A DNA stretch of 62,185 nucleotides, filler included, from Vezdaea acicularis (GCA_026025075.1; 5 parts of 5 records of this genome joined end to end with filler, not necessarily neighbours in it); one strand, 5' to 3'. Shown: positions 1-13,458, counted from the whole stretch's first letter. The notes: generated by a model from the letters alone, not told the origin. Numbers and translations: made by a program.

Positions 1-18
1 GCGGCCACCCCTCTATGT

Positions 19-236
19 TATGCAACCCCTCCATGCTATGCAGAGCCTCCATGCTAGGCAGAGCCTCCATGCTGTGCAGAGCCTCCATGCTATGCAGAGC
101 CTCATGCTATGCAGAGCCTCCATGCTAGGCAGAGCCTCCATGCTGTGCAGAGCCTCCATGCTATGCAGAGCCTCATGCTATGCAGAGCCTCCATGCTATG
201 CAGAGCCTTCACGCAATGCAGAGCCTCATACTATGC
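19..236. repeat. Minisatellite of 18-nt units (CAGAGCCTCCATGCTATG) with 16-nt variants, about 12 copies, just past the MFS gene 3' end
   Basis: Repeated GCAGAGCCTC(C)ATGCT(A/G) units are directly visible. Confidence 0.9.
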
Positions 237-293
237 AAATTTCGAGCCAGCTAATCCACGTCCATCCCACCACCTCGTTTCACCCAAGACATT

Positions 294-2379
294 TCACGCC
301 TTCCTCCCGTCGACATCCGGACCCAGACCCGACTCCCCGGCCGCCCTCCTCCGCCGACTCTCTATACGATCCAAACGCTTCTGCTCCTCGACATCCAGCC
401 CTGTCTCCGTCTCCTCATGCTCTTTACTGAGGGTACGCATCTTAATCGCCGCGCTCGCGAGCAAGCCACAGAACGCGAGCGCAACGTACAAATACCAGAT
501 ATCTCTCAAGCCGCGCCAAAAGGCGTCGCGGACGACAACTTGCTTAGGGCCAGGAGGGATCGACCTGGCGATGCCGACATTGGCGGCGGCGGAGCCGCCG
601 CTGAGGAGGGCGGCGAGGCTGGGGCCGAGGGCGGCGGTGAGGGCGGCGCGTTGGCGCTGCATGCCGTTCTGGAAGACGACGCCACCGATGACGACGCTGA
701 TGCTGGTGGCGACGTTGCGGGTGAAGCCGAAGGTGGCGGTTGCGGCGGCGATGTCGCGGGGGCGGACGCCGGATTGGAGGGCGATGAGGGGGGATTGGAA
801 CTGGGGGCCGACGCCGAGGCCGGCGACGATCTGGAAGAGGATAATGCGGGCCCATTGGTGGGTGTTGGGGAGGGCGATGTAGAGGCCGAAGCCGAGGGTC
901 ATGAGGGCGAGACCGATCCAGATGGGTTCGCGGTAGCGGCCGGTTTTCTTGATGATGACGCCTGTGACGGCGGAGGTGAGGGAGAGGGTCAGGGCGAAGG
1001 GGAGGAGGTAGACGCCGGAGAGGATGGGGGTGGCGCCGAGGACGGCTTGGAAGTAGAGGGGGAGGAAGTAGGCGCCGGCGATGAAGACGGCGCCGTGGAA
1101 GAAGCAGACGAGCAGGCTGGCGACGTTGGAGAGCGAGCGGAAGAGATGCAGCGGGATGATGGGGTATTTGGCGAGCTTCCACTCGTTCAGAAAGAAGAGC
1201 ACCCAGGTGAAGATGCCGAAGATGATCAGGCATAGCACCGTTGCGGACTTCCAGGGGAATGTCACGCCTCCGAACTCAAGGCCTAGCAGGAACATGACGG
1301 TGCCGCCGACGATGGTGACCGTGCCAATCCAGTCGATGGCTTTTAGACCGGCTATCAGGGGCGTGCGCGGCGTGCGCAGGTGTAGGAAGAAGAAGAGGAT
1401 GGAAATGCCAAGGCCTGTTAGGGGGAGGTTGATATAGAAACACCACCGCCATGAGACCTTTTCTGTGAAGGCGCCGCCAACGACAGGTCCGATGGCCGAG
1501 GCAAGCGCCCAGGTCATGCCAATCAAGCCGTAGTAAATACCGCGGTCACTTTGTTGCGTTAGTATCGCTATTTACCCATGAAGCAAAAGAAAGGGGGAAA
1601 GAAGGGGGGGACGGGGGTTAGCATACCGCTGCGAGAACAGATCTCCGATACAAATATTAGCTAGAATGATGAGGCCACCTCCCCCTACGCCTTGGACTGC
1701 GCGGCCAACTAACAGCATTGTCATGCTGGTCGAGGCAGCGCTAAGGGTGCTGCCGATGAAGAAGATGACACCTGCAAGGACGAGCACGGGCTTGCGGCCC
1801 CAGATGTCGGCGAACTTGCCCCAGGAAGGGGTCGACGCCGCATTGGCAAGGAGGTAGGCACTACCAATCCATGTGTAGCCCGTGGAGGAGTGGAAGTGTG
1901 CGGAGATGGTAGGGAGGGCTGTCGTTACAATTGTCTAAAGAAGTATTAGCAACGGTTGGGGGGAGGGTTTGCTCTAAGAGGTTTCTGATGGACGAACGTT
2001 ATCGAGGGCAGCGAGAAACACGCCGAGCTAGAACTCCCGTTAGCTCGTCGTTCAGTAATTAAGGGGATCATGAAGCGCATACGCATAAGGCAAACACTAT
2101 CACAGCGTTCTGTGCCTTTGTCCGTGGTGGCGCGCCGACTTTCTGCTCCTGTGGCACATCGCCCGCCTTCTCATCCACGACTGCATTCTCCGCTCCCCTA
2201 TCGCTCGAGCCCTTGTCGCTGTCAGGCGCATCAATTCCCCTCTCGATCTCCTTGTCGTTCAGTCGTGTATCCCCAACCGGAGGGACCTGCTGGCGATCAA
2301 GCTCGTGCGACGGCGCAGCACCCGCAGGCGAACCACTCGTTACCGGCGGGCCCTGCTCAAGGCTTTTCGGGGAGGCCAT
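294..2379 (-). CDS. MFS drug:H+ antiporter, DHA2 (14-TMS) family; about 4 exons (approx. 2379-2083, 2027-1998, 1934-~1628, ~1548-294)
   Basis: Spliced translation gives LGVFLAALDNTIVTTALPTI, WIGSAYLL, WGKFADIWGRK, GRAVQGVGGGG and WRWCFYINLP; GT-AG introns with CTAAC-type branch sites. Confidence 0.93.
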
Positions 2380-3196
2380 TTCGTTTTTTTTCTTTCTTTG
2401 CGCAGTTCACACGCGCGAAAATCGGTGGTATTCGCAAGTTTGAACAGACCGAAAGAATTCCTCTTGTATGATGTAGTGTTCAGGGCGCAAGCACGTAATT
2501 TTTCTGGTCTCTCTTTCAATGACCACTTGACCCGCTCGGAAGGGCCAGGCCGCCCAATCAGAGCGCGACGATGCTGCAGAATGTCGGCGTTCTCGGCATT
2601 TACGCCCTCCGACTCCTCGGCTTTACGCTTCTAAAATCGGCCGACTCAAGCTCCCGCTCGCGTTTCCGCTGAGCTTTTTGTCTTGACCGCATATGGAAGT
2701 TCTATGGTCCCAGAGAAAGTGCCATGCATAATGAATTGGCATAGTGCGCTGCCGCGCGGGAAACGAGAGAGTACCAAGCTGAAGGCGTTTGCTGGATGAC
2801 CTCAAGATCAAGGGAAGATATGTAAATACACAAGGGAGCTGACAAGAAAGATACAGCTTTAAGGGGCCTTTAATAACAATTTGTTTCCACATAATACTTC
2901 CGACCTGAGCGCATCTTTCGATGGCTTTGCGATTGACCCGTCAGTTAACGACGTTGTCAAAAGCGAGCTTCGTTATCTCTTCGTTTCTTCTAAATACTCG
3001 GTCTCTTAGATGCAAATCACTGATCTCTAGCGGAAGTACAAAGGCGCCATGTCTACCATACCTATGTATCTGCCTGAAAGCCATCCATCTCGCAAGTCTC
3101 ATGAACCGAACCCTCTTCGGCGTTACTCGTGATATATGCAAACACACCATTCTCATCCGTGACCTCCTTCCCATCCTCTTTAGCAAAGCCAACATC

Positions 3197-5117
3197 TCAC
3201 AATCCGAATTCCTCCCTCAACGCCCCTCCCAGCCTCCTAACCGCCTCTTCCATCTGCTCTTCCCTTTCCGCCGAAAAGGTAAGTCTGAAATACATATCCT
3301 CCCCCGCATCCTTCTGCGCTCTGAACCAACTCCCCTTACTGACGAGCACCCCCCTTTCCACAGCCCGCGTGAACACCAAATCCTCCACCTCCAGCAACGT
3401 CAACCCCTCCTTAGCTCCCGGATGCTTTTGCCAGTCGATACCAACCCAGTGAAACATGCCCGCTGCGGGGGCACTCCAGCTCGCGACCCCAGAGGGGAGA
3501 TACGCCTCGCACGCTTTGAGCAGCACATCGCGCCGGCTTGTATATTCCATGCGCATGTGCATCAGCCAGTCGAGGTAGCCCGCTTGGCCCCAGGTTTCAT
3601 CGAGCATCTTGACCAGTACGGCCTGGGTCAACCCGGACACCGTCTGGGTGCTGACTTCGTTGTGGCGGACCATGCGCTCGATGATCTGCTCGGAGGCAGT
3701 GATCCAGCTACAGCGGCAGCCAGGCGCAATTACCTTGCTGAAGGAGTCGAGGCGCATGACGCGGCCGTCAACGTCCATGCTGAGTAGGGAGGGGATTAGG
3801 GCTTTGATGAACTCCTCGCGGTTGGCTGGGGGTGGGGCGGCAGGGCCGTCGCTCGCGTAGGGCTGCATCTGTAGGAAGTAGTAGGGCTCGTCTTCGATGA
3901 TGAAGATGTCGTGTTTCTGGGCCATCGCGTAGATTTCTTTGCGCCTTTGAAGACCTTGCGTAGCGCCCGTTGGGTTTTGGCCTGACGGGACGGTATACAG
4001 AACGCGGGGCTTTCGGGCGCCGTTGCGGACAGACGGGGACCAGTTCGTGAGAATTTCGTCCATGTGAGAGGGAACAAGGCCTTCCTCGTCCATCTTAATA
4101 CCAACAATCTTCACACCCATTGGCATTGCCATCTCAACGGCAGTCGCAAACGTATACTCTTCAGCAAGTATGTAATCGCCTCGCTCGGTGAACATCCGGT
4201 ACGCCATGTCAGTGTAGGAGGTGCTACCAACTCCGAGGCAGCATGCCCAGTCTTTGTATGGAGGATCGTGGATCATCTGGTGTATTTTAGTAAGGAGCAT
4301 GAAGAACATGTTAAGGTGAGCATCTACTTCAGTGTGCTCAGTCACGAAGCGCAAAAGGACAGGTGTACCTGGCCCTTGCCCGTACTGGAGGGCAACAGAG
4401 AGGTCTGTCATGAGAGCCATTAGAACCCGCGCTCCCGAAGTACGACCGACTCGACGCTAGACATACCATATTCTCCTGTCCCCTCTGTCATATCATATTT
4501 GCCAATAGTGGTCCATACACCTGACTCTTTTGTCTTCTCCTCTGTGAACCCAGGCGGATTGGGAATCTTCGCTGACAGTCGCTCAAGGGGGAAAGTACTG
4601 GCTGATGGAAGGCCACCTCCAAGTGATATGAGGCCTACGCTCACTTCGTTAGCCAATGCTCGTGGTACTTGTCAAAGTAGCTTCTCTCACCAGGCTGTTT
4701 CAGGAACTTCCCTGCTGCTTTCAAGGATGATGGCTAGGGCGCTTTAGCACGGCCATACAATTGCTACTACATCGGAAACTCCGTACCTTGCGCGACTTAG
4801 CTTCTTCACTCAAGAAGGCTTGCAACCAGTTAGTCTGGAGTCCCACAAGTCTTATAAAGAAACTCACCATCCCACCTCTTCGCCATCGGCTTCCCATGTT
4901 GTGGCTGCGTGGGTTAGATATGAACGGCCCAAGGTCGATGAAGAACGCCTACCTTCTTCTTGAAAGATTGTTTGGCTGCGTAAGGCGCAAGGTTCGGAGG
5001 TGTTTTCATATTAATTGTTCCATTAGTCTTTCCACCTTTGGCATTTGAATCATTTAATACAACTTTCGAGATTGTATCAGTGACGCCGACAACCTCGACA
5101 GCCATAGGTGGAGCCAT
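3197..5117 (-). CDS. ARO8: Aromatic/2-aminoadipate aminotransferase (PLP class I), multi-exon
   Basis: Motifs LISLGGGLP, ALQYG, LYTVPSGQNPTG, IIEDEPYYFLQ and RLDSFSKVIAPG (PLP lysine); several short 5' introns. Confidence 0.88.
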
Positions 5118-6213
5118 TGTATTAGTCTGCCCCGGCTGGGCCTTATGCAAGTTGCTAGAATCAATCGTTATGGTCCTTGTAAGTCAAATGAAGGCTATGT
5201 GGTTCAAGTGGTCTCTAAAATTGGTCTGGTGATATAGGGCACAGAAAGACCGTAAGTAGCCGAGACAAGGAAAGGAATTAGTTGCGAGTCTAATTACTTA
5301 TAAGGACCTAGGTGTCGCATTTCAACATTGAATTGATGAACTCAATTCTGTGGCAATTAATGGCGGACGAGGACGCGAAGGATCATCAAGAATGACTCTT
5401 TACGCCCTTTGCAGATCGCCAGGAGTCATTAAAGGAACGGACGGCATGATGCAGCCGGGAGAAACTTTCCGTTATCGGTCTTATCGCTATGCAGATTCGC
5501 TTAGGACCGGCTTGCATTTCCCCGGAATCGTCTGCTTGGCGACAAATCAACGTGCGAGTGCTTTCGTAAGCATAGTATACGAGCATTACTGGCAGTAGAG
5601 CCTTTTGATATTCAACTAGTCCGTTGCTTACGAGACGTCGCAAGCAAGGTCCAAGATAACGACTGTCCATATCCCAATTCCTTCACTTTAGAAAGCATGT
5701 CAGGTAACCATCTGACCATCTGGTGCTCTAGGAGTGCTCGCGCAAGGTGAATCTAGTGTAACTTTAGGACTGGCAGACATCCCAAAAGCAGAATCAAATC
5801 CTTTCATATTCCTCCCATAGCTCCTTGCCGCAAGCACGCTTCCGAAATTCTGTCGATAAATTGTGTAGAATAGAGATTGGTACATTGATTGTTCAGGGGC
5901 CAATACTAAGAAGGAACGGTACAGGGTGTCGTCTAAAAGAGGGCTATGCTGGCCACTGAGAGACATTGCTTGGTCTTCTCTAGATCTAAGAAGCTTTTTC
6001 TCCATTCTCAAGCTATGCTGAGCCTTTTTGGGTATCGTACAGTGCGTGGGAAATATAATTTTTATACAGCTTGTCGTTGTGAAATCGCAATCATCCCATT
6101 TTGCACTCGTTGTCGGCGTTTCCTTCGTGGTCGAGGATACTCTGAATATCTGAGAGGTATTCGAAGCGACTGTGAAGTTGCCGTACTGGCGGTGGCTGTC
6201 GTCGTTGTCGAGT

Positions 6214-7349
6214 CTAATATGGGCCACCGCCGACGCCGTTGTGATGGCCCGGTACGATGGACGGGTACACTGCGCCAAAGGCATTGTTGTTTTGGTCTTG
6301 TACCGTCGGTGAGGTCAGGATGTGGTTGGACCCCTCGGGGTCCCCCTGAAAGGCTGTTGAGGGGGTGGCATTTGGAGCGCCGCTGGATCCGCCGACGGGA
6401 CCTCCTGCGCCGAAGCCGCTGCCTGGGCGGTTTGTGCTCTCTCCCCTTGCGGATTGGGTCTCATGCCACCAATCAATTTCGTTGTTCAGAATAATGTCTT
6501 GCCAAAGCTTGACGACAAATGGAAGGAAAGGATAGGGGAGTGACAAAGGAAGGCACCCTAGACACTTACTTCGCGATATTTCGAGAGATATATCTTCAAT
6601 GCCTCTGCATAGTTCTCGAACCCCAGGGATGTCATAGCGAACAGAATATCCTCCCCATTCACTGTCTTGCGCTTCTCTTGGTGACACTTTTCTGAAGCTA
6701 AATGGGTATGTCAGTACTGTTTATTTCCTCAAAGCCAGCGCCCAGAGTTGAGGATGAATGGTTCTGTACCTTCGCTTGTGATGAACGAGATGAACTCGCT
6801 GACACATTCCTGCATACACTCTTTGGCCTCTTTCGCAATCTTTGCATTCTCCGGTAAGGCAGTCTTCATAATCCGCGCGACTGGAGCAAAGTTACGGATG
6901 TTAGCATCAGACGCGACAATCTGAGCCGGGCAACTTGAATCGTCGAGTGCCGGCGACTGCAGAGGAGATTGAGACATGGTAGATTATAACTGGCCAGAAG
7001 AGATGCCGCCAGAACTTGAGAAATGCAGTGTAGATCTTGGCTGAGCCAGTAACGAATGGTGTTTGGAGGAATGAGGCAGGAGAGGCGCTGAAGCGATGCC
7101 AGTCACAGCCATTCTCCATATGCAAGTGAGAGAAAAGAGCACAAATGATGGAGGGGGGGGCTTGCGTAAGGAGAGGGACGCACCGTTTGCAATTGGTAGC
7201 CATCGATCTTGCTCCTTCACGTCAAACTCGTAGCCGAGTGCTTGCGCTTCCGTACCTTGATGTTCAGGGTCCATATGATTGTTCTCCCTATCATCAGGCG
7301 ACTGTGCTTCTGGTTCCACATCCGCAGACTTCGGGGGGGAATCCGACAT
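6214..7349 (-). CDS. HAP3: CCAAT-binding complex subunit HapC/Hap3 (NF-YB); exons approx. 7349-7184, 6880-~6770, ~6698-6570, 6459-6214
   Basis: Histone-fold sequence [90 protein letters not shown]. Confidence 0.95.
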
Positions 7350-10300
7350 GATGTATGTATTTGGCTGCCTGCAGACCGCGGCAATGACCCGTCTACGCCC
7401 TACCCGTTACTCTGCCTTGCTGTCTCTCCCTGACGTGTTCGTGCAAGTACGATTGTTTCGGGCGTATGCAAGACTACGTTACCTTGCGTCAAAGCTGAAC
7501 CGTTTCTCGTACCGGTCTGTCTAGGGACCGGGGGGGATATGAGCCGGGTCGGGGGAGGGGGCTAAGCAGCGAGGTAGCCTTCGGGCCTGATGCAACTAAG
7601 TTAATGTGTTGTTGCTGCAGGATCAATCCGAATAAGCTCGGAATAGGCGAACAACACGTCGTGGCGACGAGCGAAGTCGCTGGATCGATACGACCGGTCT
7701 TCTACAGAGAGGAAGCCTATCCTTCGGCTGCGAAGTCGCGTCTGCCGAATAATACGTATGCGGTATGTAGCCCGGCTGGCGGTGAGGGAGTGATCGTAGT
7801 AACTATGACGGTATGAAGCCAAAGCAATGCCTCGGGCGAATGCAAGTTTGCTGTTCTTCGCGCCGAATAGCTGACTTGTACAACTCAATTGCACACAGTC
7901 TGCCCAGGAGAACGGTCGCGGACTAAGACCTAGGCGCATGCACGACAGCGTGGGGTCGAAGCTGTCTGACAACCAAAATATACCGGGTAGTTGGAGGGTG
8001 GATGATGTGGGCGTCCACGATGTATTCGCTCAAGCGTTGAGAGGCGCCGACGGGAACAATACAAGAGCACCGGGGGCGATCAACAAACACGCGGGATAGT
8101 GCAATTGCACGAGATGGAGCGCAAACGGCGTTTATTGAAGGAGTGTTTGAAAGCGTCGCAGCTGTTTGGCTGCGTCTTTCGTGAAGTTAAAGAAAGGACC
8201 GGGACTGGTGGATCGTTTGGAGAGGTCCGATACCTTGTCGGCCAAACAAGTCGCGGGCCGTCGCACGTCGAATGAGTGACGGCGGTTCGGTCCTGGGTCG
8301 CGACTGATCGACCCGTCGAGCCCAACGGGCTACTTGGGAGCGCGGGTGGAGGTTGGGTCGCCGGTGACCAGACAGGTCAAGCGGCGCCTCTGATCTTGTC
8401 CACTTTTTCCTGGGCGGAGAATTGCGGCGGGCAGCGACAAGGCTAGACTGCGTCGCAGCTTTGTCGAGTTTGGTCTTCCAATGAGATGGATGAAGAGCTG
8501 GTACAAGGGTTGAATGGCTCGGGAGGGCACGTTTACGGGTCCAATGGCCGCAATTGTTTCGGACCGGGTGAGGCTATTGGTGCGATGGAGCACGAACCCG
8601 ACGTTTTCGAGCTCGAAGAGAGGTCGACAAATGACAAATGACGGACGAGTGAATTTTTCGCGTTGCGTTTAAGATGAGGAGCGCGATCCAGTGAGAGCCG
8701 AGCAGGTGAAAAGAGGAGAGGGAAGAGAACTCTGACTGGGTGCTGCACCTTTAGCCTTTATGGGCCGATGGACCAATTGGCTTATCGGCGCGTCCGTTGA
8801 ATTTCTGACCGAATACTAAATCCGGACTCTTTTTACCTGCACGGTGCCACCAAGTCCACGCACTGCAGCATCACGCCGTATCCAGGCCAGCGTTCTCCCA
8901 CACCCCCAACGACCCCCCCGATGGGAGGAAAAGAAAAAGGAATGCGTGGGTTGTTCATTCGGGCCTCTTCAGGATGCTCTGACTCGCCGGTGATTCTTCC
9001 TCGGACCCTTCCAGAAAGACGTGGGGGCCGTTGCCACCTCCACGCTGTCATCGCCAGATCGTATCGACATGATAGATAGTTATGCCATAAATTCACAGCA
9101 TCTTGACCGTCGGCACGTTGGACCCTTCTGATAGAGACCCGAGCTTCCACGTTTACGACCGTCCAAGTGCGTGGCTGCGCGTCCATGCAAGCACGTAGCG
9201 GTGTGTACGGGTATATGCCACGCTCCGTATGTTCGGGCGCTGAATTCAGAGATGTCCCAAAAGCTCTTTAGGAGGTATCTCGTAGAGTCGTCGTCCGGAT
9301 CGGGACGCCTCAGAAAGTCTTTCGTCGGGTCGGTGAACCCTCCATCACTCGGCCATGACGCGGTGGAAAGGTGGTCCTCCTTCAACGGCTCCGAGATTCT
9401 TCGCCCTTGCCCCATCGCATTTCGGAAGGCCGAGAATAGTGGAGAGCGCAGGGCGGACTACATCATGGACATCACCAGAAGAGCCCCGGGCTTCAGTGGG
9501 CTCCGAAGGGCTGTTCTCGTCGTGGCCATGCTCGCCTTACTCATGCGTTGATGCCGTGCCCACTCAAATGCTCGCATCTCAACAAATCACCTGGTCTCTG
9601 TACCTGGATATTTGCCAGCGCAGAGACAGGACCTATGACAGAGAGATCCAGAACCATGGAAGAAGTGACACATCGCATTCTCTCTTAGCTTCACCGTCCA
9701 GAGATCAAGCCCGCCTCGAGCCTTGGGATGGGGGAGGCGCATCATACCCGTCGCAAACGATTGGGATGAAAAGCCGCGGGAAGCTGGCGAGTTGGAACAA
9801 CTCATCGCGCCTAGTTCGCACATCATGGCCACGATGGGGGTGTGCAACCATCGCCCCGTAAGCGACCCCACGAGTACGGTCGATTTTAAATCAAAATGCC
9901 ACGCTCACCCAGATGACGGAGTCTATAGCACGAGAGGATCTTGGAATATAGAAGAGATCAGATTTGAGGTCTTGCTACATTCCTCCGGGCATCGGAGCTA
10001 GAGCCGTCACCGACTATGCGCAAGGCGCGCCAGCTACGCAACCTATTCCTAAAGATACAAGAAGATGGTGTCGAGAAGTGGACAACACACAGTGCAGATT
10101 TATAGTGCGTAAGTAGTTACGAAAATAATCGGGACACCATGACGAGGAGGCCCCATGACCAAGTGAAGCCGCGGAGGCGGAAATGGATGACGATGTGGAT
10201 TCACGTCCAACGAGCTTTTGATGAAAACCCGTAAGAACGTGATTACCAGATACTGGGTGCAACACGAGATGATGCCGTGTTTGACCCGATCTTCTCGATA

Positions 10301-10560
10301 TCTCTCGAGTGCTGCGTAAACCTCATGTAGAGACTAAAGCCGAGTCGACAAGTCGCAGACTCTTGTTGCTCATGCTTGCTAAGAGCATTCCCGATCTCAG
10401 GAGCGGGACGAATGCATTCGGAAAGAGTGTTGCCAGAGGCACAGCTCATTAGACTTGAAAGGATTTGTAGCCGAGAACTTGGCATGTCGCCGTTGTCGTG
10501 CGTACTACGTATAGAGCCGTTCCAAGAAGTGAGTTGGTATCTAGCCAGGAAAGTCTTCTT

Positions 10561-11188
10561 TCATTGCTGAACGACCTGGATGTTGTTCTTCTTCTGTTCC
10601 GCGGCCGCAACATTAGCGCTGTAAATATGCACTCTCTTGTCTCCTTTGGGATATTACCTTCCACTTCTCCATCTCATCCTGTAAGGTCTTATACTGCTTA
10701 AGGAGGTCATCCAGGACCTTCCTCAGCCCGTCCGAGTTTATTTTCAATGCAGGCATGACATCCGCCACGGTCCGTTCGACTAGCACACCGTTGATCATCC
10801 GGAAGCACTTCCGTTCTCCCGGCAGCGGATCGAGGGTTTCGAGGACAAGTCTGCGATTGGCAGAATGGCGGTGAGCAGGCGGTCAACAGTGTTGGAATCT
10901 TGGGGACGGGACGGCTGGAAGAGCGTAACGGCCCGCGCGCCTTGGGAGGCGGTGAAAATAGAAAGTTTGGGGAAAGTGAAAGGGAGATGGCGTACTTGTG
11001 CTCTTCTGTCTCTTGCTCGACGTCACCGATCTTTTGGGCGATTTGTTGGAGGTTGTTCTTGTAGTTGGAATACTGCAACTGGAGCTCTAGTAAAAACCCG
11101 GGGTTAGCCCGATCTACAACGTAGGACATGCAGCCCTAAATCGCTTGAGATTACCTTGTTGCTTTTTTGCTGGGAGTTGTGAAGCCAT
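10561..11188 (-). CDS. GIM4: Prefoldin subunit 2, 4 exons
   Basis: Spliced MASQLPAKKQQ|ELQLQYSNYK...ETEEHK|LVLETL...RKCFRMINGVLVERTV...MEKWK|KKNNIQVVQQ*; RKCFRMINGVLVERTV is typical of PFD2. Confidence 0.92.
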
Positions 11189-11455
11189 AATTGGGATTTC
11201 GGACGGCGCGAAATGGGTGTTTCTGGCGCGTCTGAGGAGGGTTGAAGTCGAAAGTCAAAAGGTCCAAGGGTTGCCCGTTCGGGTCTTGCCGGGGACCCTT
11301 GTCAAACAGGGATCGCGCTTGGAGATCCGATCACGACCTTCTGCATTTCGCAATCCACCTTCGAGGGCGCTCATTGTACAAACGGAACGCTCCCACTTTT
11401 GTACTTCATAGGATACCCATCACCACAGTGATATCAAATCAATCCTCGGGACGCC

Positions 11456-11506
11456 CAGCACCACAGCACCACAGCACCACAGCATCACAGCAGCACAGCA
11501 CCACAG
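11456..11506. repeat. 8-nt repeat (CAGCACCA-like) x about 6 in the CMC2 5' region
   Basis: ccagcaccacagcaccacagcaccacagcatcacagcagcacagcaccacag. Confidence 0.7.
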
Positions 11507-11526
11507 TCCCACCAAATTCCTCGACA

Positions 11527-11881
11527 ATGCATCCCCACCTCCACCCCAAAGACAACAGCGGTACATTCCCCTCCCCAACCCCCATCTTCCGCATCCCCCC
11601 TCTTTCCCCTCCCCCCCCCCCCTCTCCCCTCTCCCCCTCCAAAACCCCCCCAAAACTGACCCCCTCCTCCAGGCTGCGAAGAAATAATGGCTCTCCTCGA
11701 CGCCTGCCACGCGCGAGGCTTCCTCCACAAACTGACGGGCGGATGCAACGAAGCAAAGCGGGAGGTCAACCTCTGTCTGCGCGCCGAACGGCTCGAGCGG
11801 ACGCGGATCAATCGCGAGAAGGCGAGGGAGAAGAGGAAACTCATTCAGGCCAAGTGGGATGAGATTGATGCTAACTCATGA
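11527..11881 (+). CDS. CMC2: Twin Cx9C mitochondrial COX-assembly protein; intron 11561-11672
   Basis: MHPHLH N-terminus; CEEIMALLDAC and CNEAKREVNLC (two Cx9C motifs); divergent from GIM4. Confidence 0.9.
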
Positions 11882-12673
11882 ACGGAGGGAGATTTGGGGG
11901 GGAGATAGATGGGATTGGGGGAGGGGGGGGGGGTGTAATATAGGTTATGGGAGTGCATGGGGAAGGCGTTGCATGGTTCTGTGTTCTGTACGATATTTGT
12001 CGTGGATGCGGTCTGGTGCACATAGCACGGATGCTTTCACGAAAGAAATGAGGTCCCCTCCGACAACCCAAAGCGCCTGTTCGCGACTTGATGCATCTGC
12101 AAGGGTCCTCTAAAGCTCACGACCTTGATGGGAAGACCTCCTGATAGAAGCCCAGGCCAGCTCTACCCCAGCGACAACACTCACGCATACCACGCAGTTG
12201 CATACCATGACGAAAAGTTCTGCACCATCTGTATATTCTCTAGCCTGCAACTGAACGAGCCCCTAATCGCTACAAAGAAGCAGATGTCCAATCCAAGCAC
12301 CATTTGGCAATAATCGCGCGCGACCCGGCGGGGGGAGAGAGAGGGAGAGGAAGGGTCACGCGGCAAAGCAATTTGGTATCTCAAACAAGGGGCAGACGCT
12401 ATTTTTTGGAAAGCAAGGAGAAAGACATGCAAGAAAGGGAGCGAACAAAGGGAATTTTTGGGTTCGGTGAGGACCGTTTTTAATTGGGGAGGAAAGAGCC
12501 ATCCACCAAAGTTTGGAATATGAAGATTATGGCCCATTTAGATGAGCTGATGCCGTTAGAACTGGTTTCGTGTATTGCGAAGAGGTGTTTCATGTGATGC
12601 TGAAATGCGTTTGAATTGTTGCAAGATGTGATGAAGTTACTTTCATTCCGTTAGCTGGGCGGTTTCTGGTTTG

Positions 12674-12773
12674 NNNNNNNNNNNNNNNNNNNNNNNNNNN
12701 NNNNNNNNNNNNNNNNNTTAATTAATTAANNNNNNNNNNNNNNNNNNNNNNNNNNNNNNNNNNNNNNNNNNNN
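12674..12773. other. Artificial contig linker N44-TTAATTAATTAA-N44
   Basis: Six-frame stop spacer inside Ns, identical at four positions. Confidence 0.98.
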
Positions 12774-13458
12774 ATCATGATGCTAATCCTTCTAATCCCG
12801 GATAAGTTTAGCGTAGGCGCATCTGGCTTTTCTCTCCCTCGATATGTTGCTTTTAGTGCGTTCCAGGGGAAGAAGATTTGCTTTGTGGCTTCCCCTTCCC
12901 CAGCAACCGTAGCATCGGTCGCCTGAAAGTCGTACTCATAGGATATCGTCGACTGCTCCCGTCCGTTCGGTGACTTTGGTAATACAGAGTCTTTGAAAAT
13001 CAGGGTGTAACGTTTGCCTAGCATCCAGAACCGAATGAGATATGACTCTACAGTATTGAAAGAGGATGTGGGTGGGCGTAACAAACCATCTATCCGACCC
13101 AAGCTTAATCGTATACCATCATATTCCGAAAAGTCCCAAACTTTGGTCTCTTCCACCGTTCGCTGGCTCGCAAACCCCGCGTCTCCGAGCGTTGTGATGT
13201 CCAGGGTGCCATGAAATCGAGCGATATTACTGGAGGGCTCGTATTCTAGGTAGGACTACAGGGCTGGTTAGACCTAGATGGGTGGAAACCTAATTGGAGT
13301 AAGCAACCTGGGACTTCCCCCCACGAACACGATCGTCGCTTGCGGTCCACTCCGCTTGGTCCCAGGGCCTGGGGCGATCACCGTTAGACTTAATCAAACG
13401 GCACGTAACGGACCATGTCTTACCGATCACCGCCAAACAGGAATTTCTCGTGCGACAT
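12774..13458 (-). CDS. CIA30 (NDUFAF1-like) domain protein, 3' end truncated by the contig edge
   Basis: Spliced MSHEKFLFGGDRPWDQAEWTASDDRVRGGKSQ|SYLE...FHGTLDITTLGDAGFASQRT...DG|KRYTL...ATYRGREK. Confidence 0.82.

Noticed and set aside
20..882. ORFs with (MQSLHA)n repeats
   Set aside because: Products of the minisatellite and antisense to the MFS gene; the 16-nt units shift the frame.
2921..3787. 288-aa plus-strand ORF and similar antisense ORFs over GC-rich genes
   Set aside because: Shadow ORFs opposite well-supported genes.
294..5117. MFS + aminotransferase as a secondary-metabolite cluster
   Set aside because: No backbone enzyme, and the neighbours are housekeeping genes.
12718..12729. 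TTAATTAATTAA as a biological motif
   Set aside because: Assembly spacer providing stops in all six frames.
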